DNA of 64,000 bases from Myxococcales bacterium (GTDB lineage Bacteria > Myxococcota_A > Polyangia > Polyangiales > Polyangiaceae), in contig JAYTOU010000035.1 of NCBI GenBank assembly GCA_043747615.1, forward strand, positions 12,443 through 76,442. Reading direction: 5' to 3'. Under the pieces are notes generated by a model. The model was not told the origin of the DNA, ran no database searches, and worked only from the letters and a program-made list of their open reading frames with translations. The translations under genes and the position numbers were made by a program. Positions 50,683 through 60,974 of the stretch are shown here, in pieces. Position 1 is the stretch's first letter, and every line of letters begins with the position of its first letter.

Positions 50683-53600
50683 GTGGTGACCGGGGTGGAA
50701 GCGACCTTTGGTCGGTATCGACTTCTCGAGCGACTCGGCCAAGGCGGGATGGCCGAAGTGTTCAAGGCGAAAAGCTTTGGCGTCGAGGGGTTCGAGAAAG
50801 TCTTGGTCATCAAGCGAATTCTTCCGGAGCTCGCACGGAGTCCAGAGTTCGTGAACATGTTCATTCACGAAGCAAAGCTCGCCGTGCGTTTGTCGCACGC
50901 GAACATCGTGCAAGTCTTCGATCTCGGGCTCGCGCCATCCCTGGGGGGCCCTGCCGCCTCCCCAGTAGGCTCGGGCGAAGCGGAAGTCGCAGCGGCGCCC
51001 GACGCGTACTTCATGGCCATGGAGTTCGTGCAGGGCTTCGACCTGGCGACGCTCCTCGCGCGCTGCCGTCGCGCTCAAGTCACGCTCCCTCTCGACATGT
51101 GCGTCTTCATTGCCGCCGAGGTCGCCAAGGGGCTCGACCACGCGCATCGTCGTCGCGACGAACAGCTTCGCCCGCTCGGGATCGTTCATCGCGACGTGTC
51201 TCCGCAGAACGTTCTCTTGTCGCTCGAAGGCGAGGTCAAGGTCACCGACTTCGGGATCGCCAAAGCACGCGGAGCCCTCGAGCCCCCTTCGGAGGACACC
51301 CGCACGCGACAGCTCCACGGCAAATTCGGATACATGAGCCCGGAGCAAGCGCGCGGCGAACAGGTCGATGCACGGAGCGATCTCTTCTCGCTCGGTGTGC
51401 TTCTCTACGAGTGCGTCGCCGGCGTGAATCCATTCAGCGCGCCCACCACGTTCGAGACCCTCCGGCGTGTTCAGGCCGGGGAGGCACCGCCCGTCGAGCT
51501 CCTCCGGCCGGATGCGCCGCCCGAGCTCGTGACCATCGTGCAGACCGCGATGGCCAAAGACATCAACGTTCGATACGCCGACGCCGGTCGGATGTACGAA
51601 GCGATGCTCGCGTTCCTCTACGCGCAGGGAAGTCGCTACAGCGCGCACGATTTGGCCGAATTTTTGGCTCGTTTTCGCGATGCCGAGCCTGCTCTCTCGC
51701 TCTCGCCGGATCGCCTGCTCGATCAGGATCAGGGCCTCCCCACGACGGCGGAGCGGACGCCTGTCGAGATTCCTCCCTCCCGCGCCCTCCCGCTTTCATC
51801 GGCTCAGGAGACGGGCGTGCGCTTCGTGGGAATCGATCGCGCGGCGAGCATGGGCGAGCGTCGCGAAGTCACTGCGCTCGCCATCGATTTTTCGGAGCGT
51901 AACTCGGATGCCCACCTTGAGCGCGCCGCGACCATCATCGGCCGCTACGGCGGAAGAATGCTGGAGCGCGAGCCGCACCACCTCGTGGCTCTCTTCGGCC
52001 TCGGTGATCCAGATGGCCGCGATACCGAGGTGGCCACCCGCTGCGCGCTCGTCGCACTTCGATCGATGGGCGGACCTACGCCACCGAGCGCTGGCGTCCA
52101 CACGGCGCGGATCCACGTGGCTCGCGACGGCGAGCCGACCGAAGATGATCGACTGTCGTCGCTCTGCTCGACCGCATGTGATCTCGCCCGGGTTCGCTCC
52201 GGAAAATGCGCCGTGTCCGCTCCGGCCATGCGCCAGCTACGCGGGCTCTTCGATTTCGAGCCGATCGCCGACGCTACTTCGTCGCGCCCGGTCACTGGTT
52301 CGATCGTCAAAGACGTTCGCGGCGCCGGAGAGGCGTACGGTCGTTTCGTCGGTCGCAAGGATGAGCTTCGCAAGCTGGGAGAAATTCTCGCCGCGGCCAC
52401 CAAGCGCAGCGCGCGCGTCCTCACCATTCGCGGCGATCACGGAGTCGGCAAAACGCGCCTTCTCGTCGAGGCCGAGCGACGCCTCGGCAAAGGCGGGTAC
52501 AACGTCGGCTGGTACGTCGCCACCTGCCCCCCGCGCGGCCGAGAATTTCCGCTTTCCGGCATCGTGTGCATGTTGCAAGTACTTTGCGGGCTGACCGAAG
52601 GGGACTCAGCGGAGCGCATTCTTGCCGTCCAACCCCGCCTCCGTGCGCTCGGTCTGCACGACGAAGACGTGGCTGCCATCCTCAACGCCCTCGGAGCGTC
52701 GGTGCCCGCGCCGAACGCTAACGCGAAAACCGCCCTCAAAAATGCGTTCACTCGGATGGTCGCAAGCCTGTGCGAGGACAAGCCGCATACCTTCGCGTGG
52801 GACGCAGCGCACTGCATGGATGAGGACAGCGTCGCCCTCGTCGAAGGTGCGTTCGGTCGACTCACCCAGGCGCGCGTCGTCTTCGGGTTCTCTGCCCGCG
52901 CGGGCTTTTCGCACGCCCTCGAGAGCTCGCCCGGTCACGGCGTCATCGAGCTCGTCGACCTCTCGCCGGCCGATGCCGAGGCGCTCATCGCCGCGCGTCT
53001 CGGCGTGGCTCGCGCGCCGGAGGAGCTCGTGCGGTTCGTTCGCGATCGCGCCGGCGGTCATCCGCAGTTCATCGAAGAGTTGCTGAAGGGTCTACTCGAC
53101 GCCGAGGCTGTGAAGGTCGCCGACAAGCAGGTGGTGTCGATGCGGCTCGTGGGTCAGGAGCTCGCGCTCCCCAAGACGCTGCGAGGCCTCGTCGCTTCCC
53201 GGGTCACGCGGCTTTCGCCCGCTGATCGCGCGACGCTACAGGCCGCCGCGGTGCTCGGTGATCCGGTGGACGCGACGGTGCTTGCCCAGATGCTCGCGCA
53301 GCCGATGTCGTCGCTCGAAGGTTCTCTCGCCGCGCTTAAGACGCGCGAGTTTCTCATGCATACCGGTCCTTCTGAGCTGCGCTTCACGTCGCCGATCATC
53401 CGCGAGGTGGTGGTCGACGCGCTCACGCTCGAGGCCTCTCGAGAGATGCACGCCGCCGCAGGAAACGCCCTGGAAGCCGTGCTAGGCGACAAAGCGGCGG
53501 AGCACGCCGCACGCATCGCCACCCATCTGTACGAGTCGGGCGATCGCGAACGTGCGGCACGGTATTTCGCGACGAGCGCGGAGCGGCGCCTCGAAGGCCG

Positions 53601-54663
53601 TCAGCTCGAAGCGGCGGCGCGCGATTACGCCCGGGCAATCGATCTGTCGGATGTCTCGCGCAAGGATCCGGCGGTGCTCGCGCAGTGGCTCGGCGGTCTG
53701 ACCAATGCCGTCCGCCTGGTGCGCTCTCTGCCCGAAGCCATCGAGATGTGCGATCGCGTGCTTGCGCGGATCGACGCTGCGGGAGACGCGACGCTGCGCG
53801 TTCGGGCGCGGGTCGACGCGGGCGTGATGCTCTGCGCGATCCACAAGTTCGACGTCGCGAACACGCATTTCGCGGAAGCAGAGCGCGTCGCCGCCGGGGA
53901 CGGGCCCCTCGCGAAGACGATCCTCCTGGCCTACGCGGAGCTCGCCAGCCGGCAGGGAGACTTCAACCGCTGCATCGCCATGCTCGAGCGTCTCCACAAG
54001 ATCGCCACCGTCCAGGGCGATCGCCGGGAAGAGCACAAAATCCTCCTCCACCGAGCTCAAGCGCATGCCGGTCTTGGCGATCGTCGCTCAGCGCTCGTGG
54101 CCCTCTCGCGGGCGGAGCAGCTCTTCCCGGCAGACGCGGCTGCGGCCTGCGAGCGGCAAAAGATCCGCGCCCTCGTCGATTACTTCAGCCGCGATTTTCG
54201 GGCTGGCGTTCTCGCAAGCGAGAAGGCGATCGATATGGGGCGCGCCCTCGGCGTCCCCTACGAGGTCGCGATCAACCTCCACAACTTGGGCGATTGCCTG
54301 GTCCGCCTCGAGGACTTTCCGCGTGCCTACGGCGCGATACGACAGTCGGTCGAGCTGTGCGACGACGAAGGATTCGAGCGTCTTTCGAGCCAAAATCGCA
54401 TGTTTCTGGCGTTCCTCGACGGCGTCGCCGGCAACCGCGAAGCGGAAGGCTTGCTTCGTCAGGGGATCAGCTATGCCGAAGCGAACGACTTCACATGGGA
54501 CGTGGTCAACGGTCGCACGCTCCTCGCGCAGCTCCTTCAACGCCGCGGCGAAGTGACGAACGCCCGCGCCGAATTCGAGAGGGCACGCAAGCTCGCGCGA
54601 GAAAGCGGCAACCGTCTGCTCGCCGACGACTGCGATGCAGCTCTTCGTGCTATCGCAAGTTAG
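50683..54663 (+). CDS. Ser/Thr kinase fused to degenerate class III cyclase, AAA/STAND-like ATPase and TPR domains
   Basis: LGQGGMAEV, HRDVSPQN, DFG, GERREVT, FVGRKDEL and GDHGVGKTRL motifs; helical TPR-like tail; start approximate. Confidence 0.88.
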   Translation: MVTGVEATFGRYRLLERLGQGGMAEVFKAKSFGVEGFEKVLVIKRILPELARSPEFVNMFIHEAKLAVRLSHANIVQVFDLGLAPSLGGPAASPVGSGEAEVAAAPDAYFMAMEFVQGFDLATLLARCRRAQVTLPLDMCVFIAAEVAKGLDHAHRRRDEQLRPLGIVHRDVSPQNVLLSLEGEVKVTDFGIAKARGALEPPSEDTRTRQLHGKFGYMSPEQARGEQVDARSDLFSLGVLLYECVAGVNPFSAPTTFETLRRVQAGEAPPVELLRPDAPPELVTIVQTAMAKDINVRYADAGRMYEAMLAFLYAQGSRYSAHDLAEFLARFRDAEPALSLSPDRLLDQDQGLPTTAERTPVEIPPSRALPLSSAQETGVRFVGIDRAASMGERREVTALAIDFSERNSDAHLERAATIIGRYGGRMLEREPHHLVALFGLGDPDGRDTEVATRCALVALRSMGGPTPPSAGVHTARIHVARDGEPTEDDRLSSLCSTACDLARVRSGKCAVSAPAMRQLRGLFDFEPIADATSSRPVTGSIVKDVRGAGEAYGRFVGRKDELRKLGEILAAATKRSARVLTIRGDHGVGKTRLLVEAERRLGKGGYNVGWYVATCPPRGREFPLSGIVCMLQVLCGLTEGDSAERILAVQPRLRALGLHDEDVAAILNALGASVPAPNANAKTALKNAFTRMVASLCEDKPHTFAWDAAHCMDEDSVALVEGAFGRLTQARVVFGFSARAGFSHALESSPGHGVIELVDLSPADAEALIAARLGVARAPEELVRFVRDRAGGHPQFIEELLKGLLDAEAVKVADKQVVSMRLVGQELALPKTLRGLVASRVTRLSPADRATLQAAAVLGDPVDATVLAQMLAQPMSSLEGSLAALKTREFLMHTGPSELRFTSPIIREVVVDALTLEASREMHAAAGNALEAVLGDKAAEHAARIATHLYESGDRERAARYFATSAERRLEGRQLEAAARDYARAIDLSDVSRKDPAVLAQWLGGLTNAVRLVRSLPEAIEMCDRVLARIDAAGDATLRVRARVDAGVMLCAIHKFDVANTHFAEAERVAAGDGPLAKTILLAYAELASRQGDFNRCIAMLERLHKIATVQGDRREEHKILLHRAQAHAGLGDRRSALVALSRAEQLFPADAAAACERQKIRALVDYFSRDFRAGVLASEKAIDMGRALGVPYEVAINLHNLGDCLVRLEDFPRAYGAIRQSVELCDDEGFERLSSQNRMFLAFLDGVAGNREAEGLLRQGISYAEANDFTWDVVNGRTLLAQLLQRRGEVTNARAEFERARKLARESGNRLLADDCDAALRAIAS

Positions 54664-54711
54664 CTCCCGGCCCCGACCGGGTGGCGTCCCAGTTTTGCAT
54701 AGGTAAACTCC

Positions 54712-56151
54712 ATGGTGGCGCGCCGACTGGTTCCCTTCGCACCCTTCGCACTCTTCGCACTCCTGTGCGGATGCGAGCGGCCATACGTTCAGCGCGACGG
54801 CACGCTCCTCTTTCCCGAAAAAGGGGCGGGCGGAGCGGCGGTGGTCACCGCGAACGGTCTGGAGTTCCATGATCGCAACGATGTCCCGGTGCGGATCATT
54901 TCGCGCGATCCCAACGAGCCGTGGCGCGCTCCCATCGGCTTTATTTTGCCGCAGAGCGGGCGCTTCACAGAGACGAGTCGCCCCACAGTGGTCGCTACGA
55001 CGGGGCTCGCTGTTGTGCTTCGGCCGAGTGACACCAGGGTCCCTTCGTGGGGCGGCGAGGTCCTCGTGCGTATCGACGTGATCGCCCCCGCAGCCCAGGG
55101 AACAGCGCGGATGGGCGAAGATCTGGCGATCGTCATCGACGGTGATGGAGACGGAAATGGAGCGCTGGCCGCCGCGGCGCTCGAGCAGCTCGCCGGGCGC
55201 GATCGTCTCGCGGTCATCGACGCGGCCAGCGCGCAGGTGGTGGTGCCTTCCATCCCAGCGTCTCATCGCTCGCTCGCGCTCGCTGCGGTGGAAAAAAGAA
55301 TCCACGATAAACGGGGAGCGCGAAACTTGTTGGGTGCGCTTCGGCTCGCGGCGACCGCGTTCGCTGTGGAGACGAAGGGAGCGAGTGCAGTGACCCGCCG
55401 TGTGCTCGTGCTCTCCGACGGCAAGGGTGACTCGCAATCGCCGGCCGTGCAGTCGCAGCTCGAAGCCATGGCTTCAGCCGGGATCATCGTCAGCGCGATC
55501 GCCTCGAACGATCAAGCCGACATCAATTCCGTCTCCGCCATCGGGACCACCGGCGCGGGCGTGGTGTCGACCGACCCTGGCCTCGAAGACCGGATCCGCG
55601 CGGTAAAAAACGCCATCCCCGCCGCCGGCAAATTGTCTTTCAACGAGGTCACCCTGACTTTCGAAGGCACGCCCGCGCCGTCACACGTCCTCGAAGCGTC
55701 GGGCGGCGATGTGGTGTGGAGGCTCGATGCGGGCGAGCTCGTCCTTGGCGACGTGCACGCGGGAGAGGCGCGCACCGAGATCGTTCGGGTGACGGTGCCT
55801 GCCTGGGTACCGCACGAAAATTTCGTGTTCACGGTCACCGCGCACTACGTCGAGGTCGAAGGCGCAGTCCCGCGCAATTTCTCCGTCCAGCTTCCGTGTG
55901 TTTATGACGACGACATCGAGCGCATCGCCAATTCACGCCACGGAGACGTGATCGCATACGCGTCCGCGCTGGCCACCCTGCGAAAGCTCGATGCCGCCTT
56001 CGTGGGCGACGGAGTCAACAGGGCGGGGGGTCTCCGTGCTCTCGCTCAATTGCATGCACGATCGATGACCCTTCTCGCCCGCGACACTCGCGACGCGGCG
56101 ATCATAGAGCAGGCCGAGGTTCTGAACGCGCTTCTGTCCGTGTCTCACTGA
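54712..56151 (+). CDS. VWA-domain lipoprotein with degenerate MIDAS
   Basis: Lipobox LCGC; DLAIVIDGDG and VLVLSDG; start may be GTG 54715. Confidence 0.72.
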   Translation: MVARRLVPFAPFALFALLCGCERPYVQRDGTLLFPEKGAGGAAVVTANGLEFHDRNDVPVRIISRDPNEPWRAPIGFILPQSGRFTETSRPTVVATTGLAVVLRPSDTRVPSWGGEVLVRIDVIAPAAQGTARMGEDLAIVIDGDGDGNGALAAAALEQLAGRDRLAVIDAASAQVVVPSIPASHRSLALAAVEKRIHDKRGARNLLGALRLAATAFAVETKGASAVTRRVLVLSDGKGDSQSPAVQSQLEAMASAGIIVSAIASNDQADINSVSAIGTTGAGVVSTDPGLEDRIRAVKNAIPAAGKLSFNEVTLTFEGTPAPSHVLEASGGDVVWRLDAGELVLGDVHAGEARTEIVRVTVPAWVPHENFVFTVTAHYVEVEGAVPRNFSVQLPCVYDDDIERIANSRHGDVIAYASALATLRKLDAAFVGDGVNRAGGLRALAQLHARSMTLLARDTRDAAIIEQAEVLNALLSVSH

Positions 56152-56171
56152 ATGCCTTAGGGTCCCGGCAC

Positions 56172-57638
56172 GTGTCCCCTCTTTCGCCAAAGCTCATGGA
56201 GGCGCGCGACGCCGCGACGGTCCTCGTGGCGTCTCTGAAAGACCCCAGCGTCCCGTTGACGATCGCTGACGCTGCGGCCCAGAGCGGGCTTCCGATGCGC
56301 GACGCTGACCGCGGTCTCAACTGGTTGACCAGCACCTACCGAGGCCACCTCCGGGTGACCGAAGAAGGTCAGCTTCTCTTTCTTTTTCCCTACGGGTTCA
56401 CGAAACCCTGGGAGACACGTGACGCGCTTGATCGGACGGTCCGCGCCGTCGGCACGTTCCTCAGCGGCGTCGCGCGCTTCGTGGTGCGGGCGTGGCTCAC
56501 GATCGCCATCCTCGGGTACGCCGCGATCTTTCTCGCATTGATCATCGGGCTCACGTTCGCGCGCCAGGGGAGCTCTCGCGACGACGGCTTGAGCCAGCTT
56601 GGATTCGTCGTCTTTCGCGTCCTCGCCGACGCACTTTTCTGGACGTTCCACCCCTTCTCACCGATCGCCGTCGGGTGGAACGACAGCCTCCTTCAGAGCC
56701 GCCGCTACGGCCGCCGCGGCGCCGATCCCAACAAGACCCCGTTCTATGAAAAGGTAAACCGCTTCGTCTTCGGTCCGGCCGTCGCAACGGAAGATCCGCT
56801 CGAAAGAGAACGTCGAGTGATTGCCGAGATCCGGGCCCAGAAGGGGCGGATCGGGCTCGGCGACGTCATGAGAGTCACCGGCCTTCCGCGCGACGAGGCC
56901 GACCCGATGATGGCGCGTCTGATGCTCGACTACGAAGGAGACGTCGACGTCTCGGAGGCGGGGGGGATCATCTACAAGTTCGAAGCGCTCCGAAAAACTG
57001 CGCTCGACGCGAGCGATCCGCGGCCGCTGCCGGCGTGGTCTGAACCAAGAATCGTCCCTCCGCTCACCGGCAATCGATTCAGAACCAACGTCCTCGTTGC
57101 CGCGCTGAACGCCTTCAATCTGGTGATGGGGCTCTTCGTGATCGCGAACAATCTCACCATCGCGAGGATCATCGATCTCCTGCGCCCGCTTCGTCCAGGC
57201 GTCGAGTACGTCCCCCTCCCGTACGACGGTATGCCGATCGTTCTTGGACTCATTCCCCTCGTCTTCTCGATCGCGCTCTTCCTGTTGCCGCTCGGCCGCG
57301 TACTTCTCCGGCCTCTTCGCGCACGCGCGATCAGCCATGAAAATGGGCGTCTTGGCCTCTTGCGCGAGATCCTGACCCGGGTCGAAGCAAGGACCCCGCT
57401 CACCGAGCCGGGCCTGCGCGCGGCGTGGAAAAGTGGCGCGGGCTCGGAGCCCGGGTCTACGGAGCTCACTCGTGCGGTGGTCGATCTCGGAGGAGACGTC
57501 GACATCGAACCGACCGGCGAAGTGCGCTACCGCTTCGTCGATCTTGAGGCTGAAGCCGCTGCTCTAGAGGAAGAACGGGCGATCGCCGCCGACGCCGAAG
57601 CCCACGTAGGCAAGGTAATCTTCAGCTCCGACAATTGA
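56172..57638 (+). CDS. Membrane protein resembling the cyanobacterial/plastid At5g03900-like family
   Basis: TIADAAAQSGL...GHLRVTEEGQLLFLFP; repeated G.VDV...G.I.Y.F motifs; FVFGP. Confidence 0.65.
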   Translation: MSPLSPKLMEARDAATVLVASLKDPSVPLTIADAAAQSGLPMRDADRGLNWLTSTYRGHLRVTEEGQLLFLFPYGFTKPWETRDALDRTVRAVGTFLSGVARFVVRAWLTIAILGYAAIFLALIIGLTFARQGSSRDDGLSQLGFVVFRVLADALFWTFHPFSPIAVGWNDSLLQSRRYGRRGADPNKTPFYEKVNRFVFGPAVATEDPLERERRVIAEIRAQKGRIGLGDVMRVTGLPRDEADPMMARLMLDYEGDVDVSEAGGIIYKFEALRKTALDASDPRPLPAWSEPRIVPPLTGNRFRTNVLVAALNAFNLVMGLFVIANNLTIARIIDLLRPLRPGVEYVPLPYDGMPIVLGLIPLVFSIALFLLPLGRVLLRPLRARAISHENGRLGLLREILTRVEARTPLTEPGLRAAWKSGAGSEPGSTELTRAVVDLGGDVDIEPTGEVRYRFVDLEAEAAALEEERAIAADAEAHVGKVIFSSDN

Positions 57639-57705
57639 GCGAGTGTTGTCGAGCGCATGCGCGGAGACGTGGCACGCCCTCGCCTTTCCTGCAACGGAGT
57701 GCGCC

Positions 57706-58536
57706 TCAGACTATGGCCAGGCCTGCGCTCTCGAGGACACCGTTGCGAACGTCGTAGAGCCGGACGCGCGGAGAGGTGGGCTGGTCATCTACCACAGCCG
57801 ATGCGCCGAACGCTCGCTTCTTTCCGATACCCACGATGCGATCGACCATGCGGTGCATGTGACCGTGCAGGAGCTGGACTCTCGGATTGTTCACGAGCAT
57901 CTCGATCAGTCGCGCATAGCCGCGGAGCCCGTCGATCCAGTGCCAGGGGTTGTGCGGATTGCCGAACGGAGGGTGATGCTGAACGATCACCAGCGCCTTG
58001 TTCTTCAGGCTCGTGTCTGAGAGACGATTCTCGAGGGCACGCGCGTTCTCTGCGCTGAACTCGCCGCGTGAGCTGGCGACCGATTGGAAGTAGGTGAGGT
58101 CGAGCGGCAAGAAAGCCACGTTGCCGCGGTCGACGACCTTCCCTGGATCGGTGGCGCTCGCATCGCGAAAAGCAGCGAGGGGCCCATCCATCGCGCGACG
58201 CCAACCACCGGCGGTATAGGCGTCGTGATTGCCTGGAACGAGGGTCACGGAGTCAGGAGAAATTCTGGCGTCTTGAAGGACACCGGCGAATGTATCGAAC
58301 TCGTCAGTCGCGCCGACCTCGGTGAGATCTCCGGAGATCACGAAGTGCTCGGCGCCGCTTGCCTTCGCGACACGAAGCGCGTCCGCCAATTTGCGCGCGC
58401 GGCCCTCCACATCCAGCGTGCGCCCGATGCTCACGAATTTCACGCGGAAGCTCTGCGCGCGCGCCTTGCTAGCAGCGCCGAGCATGTGGACATCCGAAAG
58501 GTGAGCGATGCGCTTGAGAACGTTCGAGTCCGACAT
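57706..58536 (-). CDS. Metallophosphoesterase (CpdA/Icc-like)
   Basis: SDVH, GDL, GNHD, HHPP and HGHMH motifs. Confidence 0.9.
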   Translation of the reverse strand: MSDSNVLKRIAHLSDVHMLGAASKARAQSFRVKFVSIGRTLDVEGRARKLADALRVAKASGAEHFVISGDLTEVGATDEFDTFAGVLQDARISPDSVTLVPGNHDAYTAGGWRRAMDGPLAAFRDASATDPGKVVDRGNVAFLPLDLTYFQSVASSRGEFSAENARALENRLSDTSLKNKALVIVQHHPPFGNPHNPWHWIDGLRGYARLIEMLVNNPRVQLLHGHMHRMVDRIVGIGKKRAFGASAVVDDQPTSPRVRLYDVRNGVLESAGLAIV

Positions 58537-58574
58537 GGCACTCTCGCTAAGTTCGTTGCTGGACTGTCATCGTC

Positions 58575-58590
58575 CGCAGTTAGCTTGCCA
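58575..58590 (-). promoter_or_regulatory. Putative sigma54 (-24/-12) promoter
   Basis: Minus strand TGGCAAGCTAACTGCG has GG-N10-GC spacing and lies about 40 nt upstream of ATG 58536. Confidence 0.55.
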
Positions 58591-58681
58591 TCTCCACCGG
58601 GCATGCGCTTCCTCGCCTTGAAAACAAGCGATTTGCGGTGTCTCTCTTACATAAGATGCAGAGCGCAGCACCGGGGGGCCG

Positions 58682-59482
58682 TTACGCGGAGGCGAGCTCC
58701 CGAATGAGGGCATCGTGGATTTTCCCGTTCGTAGCCACCACGTGGCCGGTCGGGATGTTCACTGGACCGCCGTCGTAGGACGAGAGCTTGCCCCCTGCCG
58801 CGAGCACGATCGCAGCGCCGGCCGCAACGTCCCAGACCCCGAGCTTCTGCTCCCAGTAACCGTCGTAGGTGCCGTCGGCGACCAAGCACATGTCGATCGC
58901 AGCCGAGCCGCACCGTCGAACCGCCTGCGCGCGCTTTTTGATCGCCACGAAGGCGTCGAAATTGTTCTCGGGGCTTGTGGCGCGGTCGTAGGGAAAGCCC
59001 GTGGCGAGGAGGGCATCGGAGAACTGCGCCACCATGCTGACCTGGCATCGCTCACCGTTTCGCGTGGCGACGTCGCCTTCGACGCCAGCCCACTCGACGC
59101 GGAGCGAAGGAGCCACGACCACGCCGAGCACAGGCGCTGTACCGAGGAGAAGGCCTATGGAGACAGCATAGAAGGGATGTCCGTGAACGAAGTTCGTGGT
59201 TCCGTCGATGGGGTCGACATACCAGGTGGCCTCGTCTGGTCCCGGCGCGCGCTGACCGCCCTGCTCCTCGCCGACCACCGGAAAAATGCTCTTTTCACCG
59301 AGGCGCGCGCGGAGGAGCTGCTCGCAGTCGCGATCGAATTTCGTCACCAAGTCGACAGGGCCTTTGTGCTCCGCGCGCGGATGATTGCGCCAACCGGCCT
59401 CGACGAGCTGTGCTCCTTCCCGCGCAGCCGCGAGTGCGATCGCGAGGATGTCGCGGCGTTCTGCCTTGGACTCGAGGGTCAT
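58682..59482 (-). CDS. suhB: Inositol monophosphatase family protein
   Basis: GEE, WYVDPIDGTTNFVHG, RRCGSAA and WDVAAG motifs. Confidence 0.92.
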   Translation of the reverse strand: MTLESKAERRDILAIALAAAREGAQLVEAGWRNHPRAEHKGPVDLVTKFDRDCEQLLRARLGEKSIFPVVGEEQGGQRAPGPDEATWYVDPIDGTTNFVHGHPFYAVSIGLLLGTAPVLGVVVAPSLRVEWAGVEGDVATRNGERCQVSMVAQFSDALLATGFPYDRATSPENNFDAFVAIKKRAQAVRRCGSAAIDMCLVADGTYDGYWEQKLGVWDVAAGAAIVLAAGGKLSSYDGGPVNIPTGHVVATNGKIHDALIRELASA

Positions 59483-60972
59483 GGTGCGCTCGCGATCTCT
59501 TCCGAAGGTCGACTGGAGAGTGCGGCGAGAAGGCGAGCATGCAGACCACCGAACGCTCCGTTCGAAAGGAGCGCCACCGTATCGCCGGCATGGGCTTCGG
59601 CCACGATGCGAGCGAGGATGGCATCGACGCTGTCTGTCGCTTCCGCTTTATGCCCGAGCTCGCTCGCCAGTCTGCGGAGGTCGAGCCGCTCCGCATCCGG
59701 AATATTAGTGCGCCCGAGCGGCGCGAAAAGAACGCGATCCGCCGCCGCAAATGAGCGCGAATACGCGTCTTGGTGAATCGAGCGACAAGCCGTCGCGCTC
59801 CTCGGCTCGAAGACGGCAAAGAGCTTTCCTTCGGGGTGACGCGCGCGGAGGGCGCCGAGAGTCTCGGTCACGGCCGTTGGGTGATGCGCGAAATCGTCGT
59901 AGACCCGCACGCCGCCGGGCTCGCCAATCAAGTCCTGCCGGCGCCGCACGCCTTCAAACGTGGCCATCGCTTTTCGTCCCGTCGTGATGGGGACGTCGAA
60001 CCCTTCTGCGCATGCGGCGATGGCCGCGACGGCGTTGCGAACGTTGTGTGCGCCCGGGCTCGTCATCGAGAATCGTCCGCACGAAACGCCGCCCGCGTAG
60101 AGATCGAAGGTCTGCATTCCGTTCGCGCTGATTGTCGACGGAGCACCAAGCCAGGACGGCGTGTGCGGTCCCGTCTCGTCGCGTTCAAGAGCGTAGAACA
60201 CAACGCGCGCGTCGGCGTTCGCGGCCATGAGATCCGCGGCCCTCCGCTGACCGGCGTCGCACACGATGAGGCCGCCCTTCGGCGTTGCTTTGGCGAGGGC
60301 GATGAACGCTGCGTCGTAGCTGGCGTCGTCGGGATAGATGTCGATGTGATCGCGCTCTACCGAGGTGACGATCACCACGTCGTCCGCCGAACGCTCACCC
60401 GCCGCGCCGCCAAGATAATCGAGAAACTTGGGCTTCTTGTGCCAGTAAACGGCGTCGTACTCGTCTCCCTCGACGACGAAGGGCGCGGGCTTGCCTCCGC
60501 CGAGGAGCCTTCGCTTGGTCGACCCGATCGCCGCGCCGGAGGGAAAATTCTTCGGCAAGCCGCCGATGAAATAACCGGGCTCGAGCTCTGCGCAGGCGAG
60601 GATCCACGCGCACATCGCGCTGGTGGTGGTCTTCCCGTGGGTGCCGGCGACGATCAGCGGACGCCGTCCGCGAAGGAAGATCTCGCGAAGCGCACCCGAC
60701 ATGGACGTGGCCTTCAGGTCTCGCTCACGGATCGCCGTCGCTTCGGGATTGTCCCTGCGAACCACATTCCCGACGACGATGAGATCCGGCACCGGCTCGA
60801 GGTGAGCGCGGTCGAAACCGTGCTGACAGCGAACGCCCGCGGCCTCTAGGGCCGGACCGATCGGCGGATCGAACGAGGTGTCGGACCCGCTGACGTCGTG
60901 GCCTGCCTCTCGAAAAAGAATCGCCAGCGCCCCCATGCCGGTTCCCGAAACACCAACGAGGTGGACGTGCAT
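59479..60972 (-). CDS. mpl: Murein peptide ligase Mpl
   Basis: GVSGTGMG, AGTHGKTTT, EGDEYD, GVRRR, DDFAHHPTA, FEPRS and SNGAFGGLH motifs. Confidence 0.88.
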   Translation of the reverse strand: MHVHLVGVSGTGMGALAILFREAGHDVSGSDTSFDPPIGPALEAAGVRCQHGFDRAHLEPVPDLIVVGNVVRRDNPEATAIRERDLKATSMSGALREIFLRGRRPLIVAGTHGKTTTSAMCAWILACAELEPGYFIGGLPKNFPSGAAIGSTKRRLLGGGKPAPFVVEGDEYDAVYWHKKPKFLDYLGGAAGERSADDVVIVTSVERDHIDIYPDDASYDAAFIALAKATPKGGLIVCDAGQRRAADLMAANADARVVFYALERDETGPHTPSWLGAPSTISANGMQTFDLYAGGVSCGRFSMTSPGAHNVRNAVAAIAACAEGFDVPITTGRKAMATFEGVRRRQDLIGEPGGVRVYDDFAHHPTAVTETLGALRARHPEGKLFAVFEPRSATACRSIHQDAYSRSFAAADRVLFAPLGRTNIPDAERLDLRRLASELGHKAEATDSVDAILARIVAEAHAGDTVALLSNGAFGGLHARLLAALSSRPSEEIASAP

Positions 60973-60974
60973 GC

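Noticed and set aside
54682..54699. TGGCGTCCCAGTTTTGCA as a sigma54 promoter
   Set aside because: GG-to-GC spacing is 12 nt, not the required 10.
54733..54762. 9-nt tandem repeat (CCCTTCGCA/CTCTTCGCA)
   Set aside because: In-frame low-complexity signal peptide (PFAPFALFAL); a unit change would not shift the frame.
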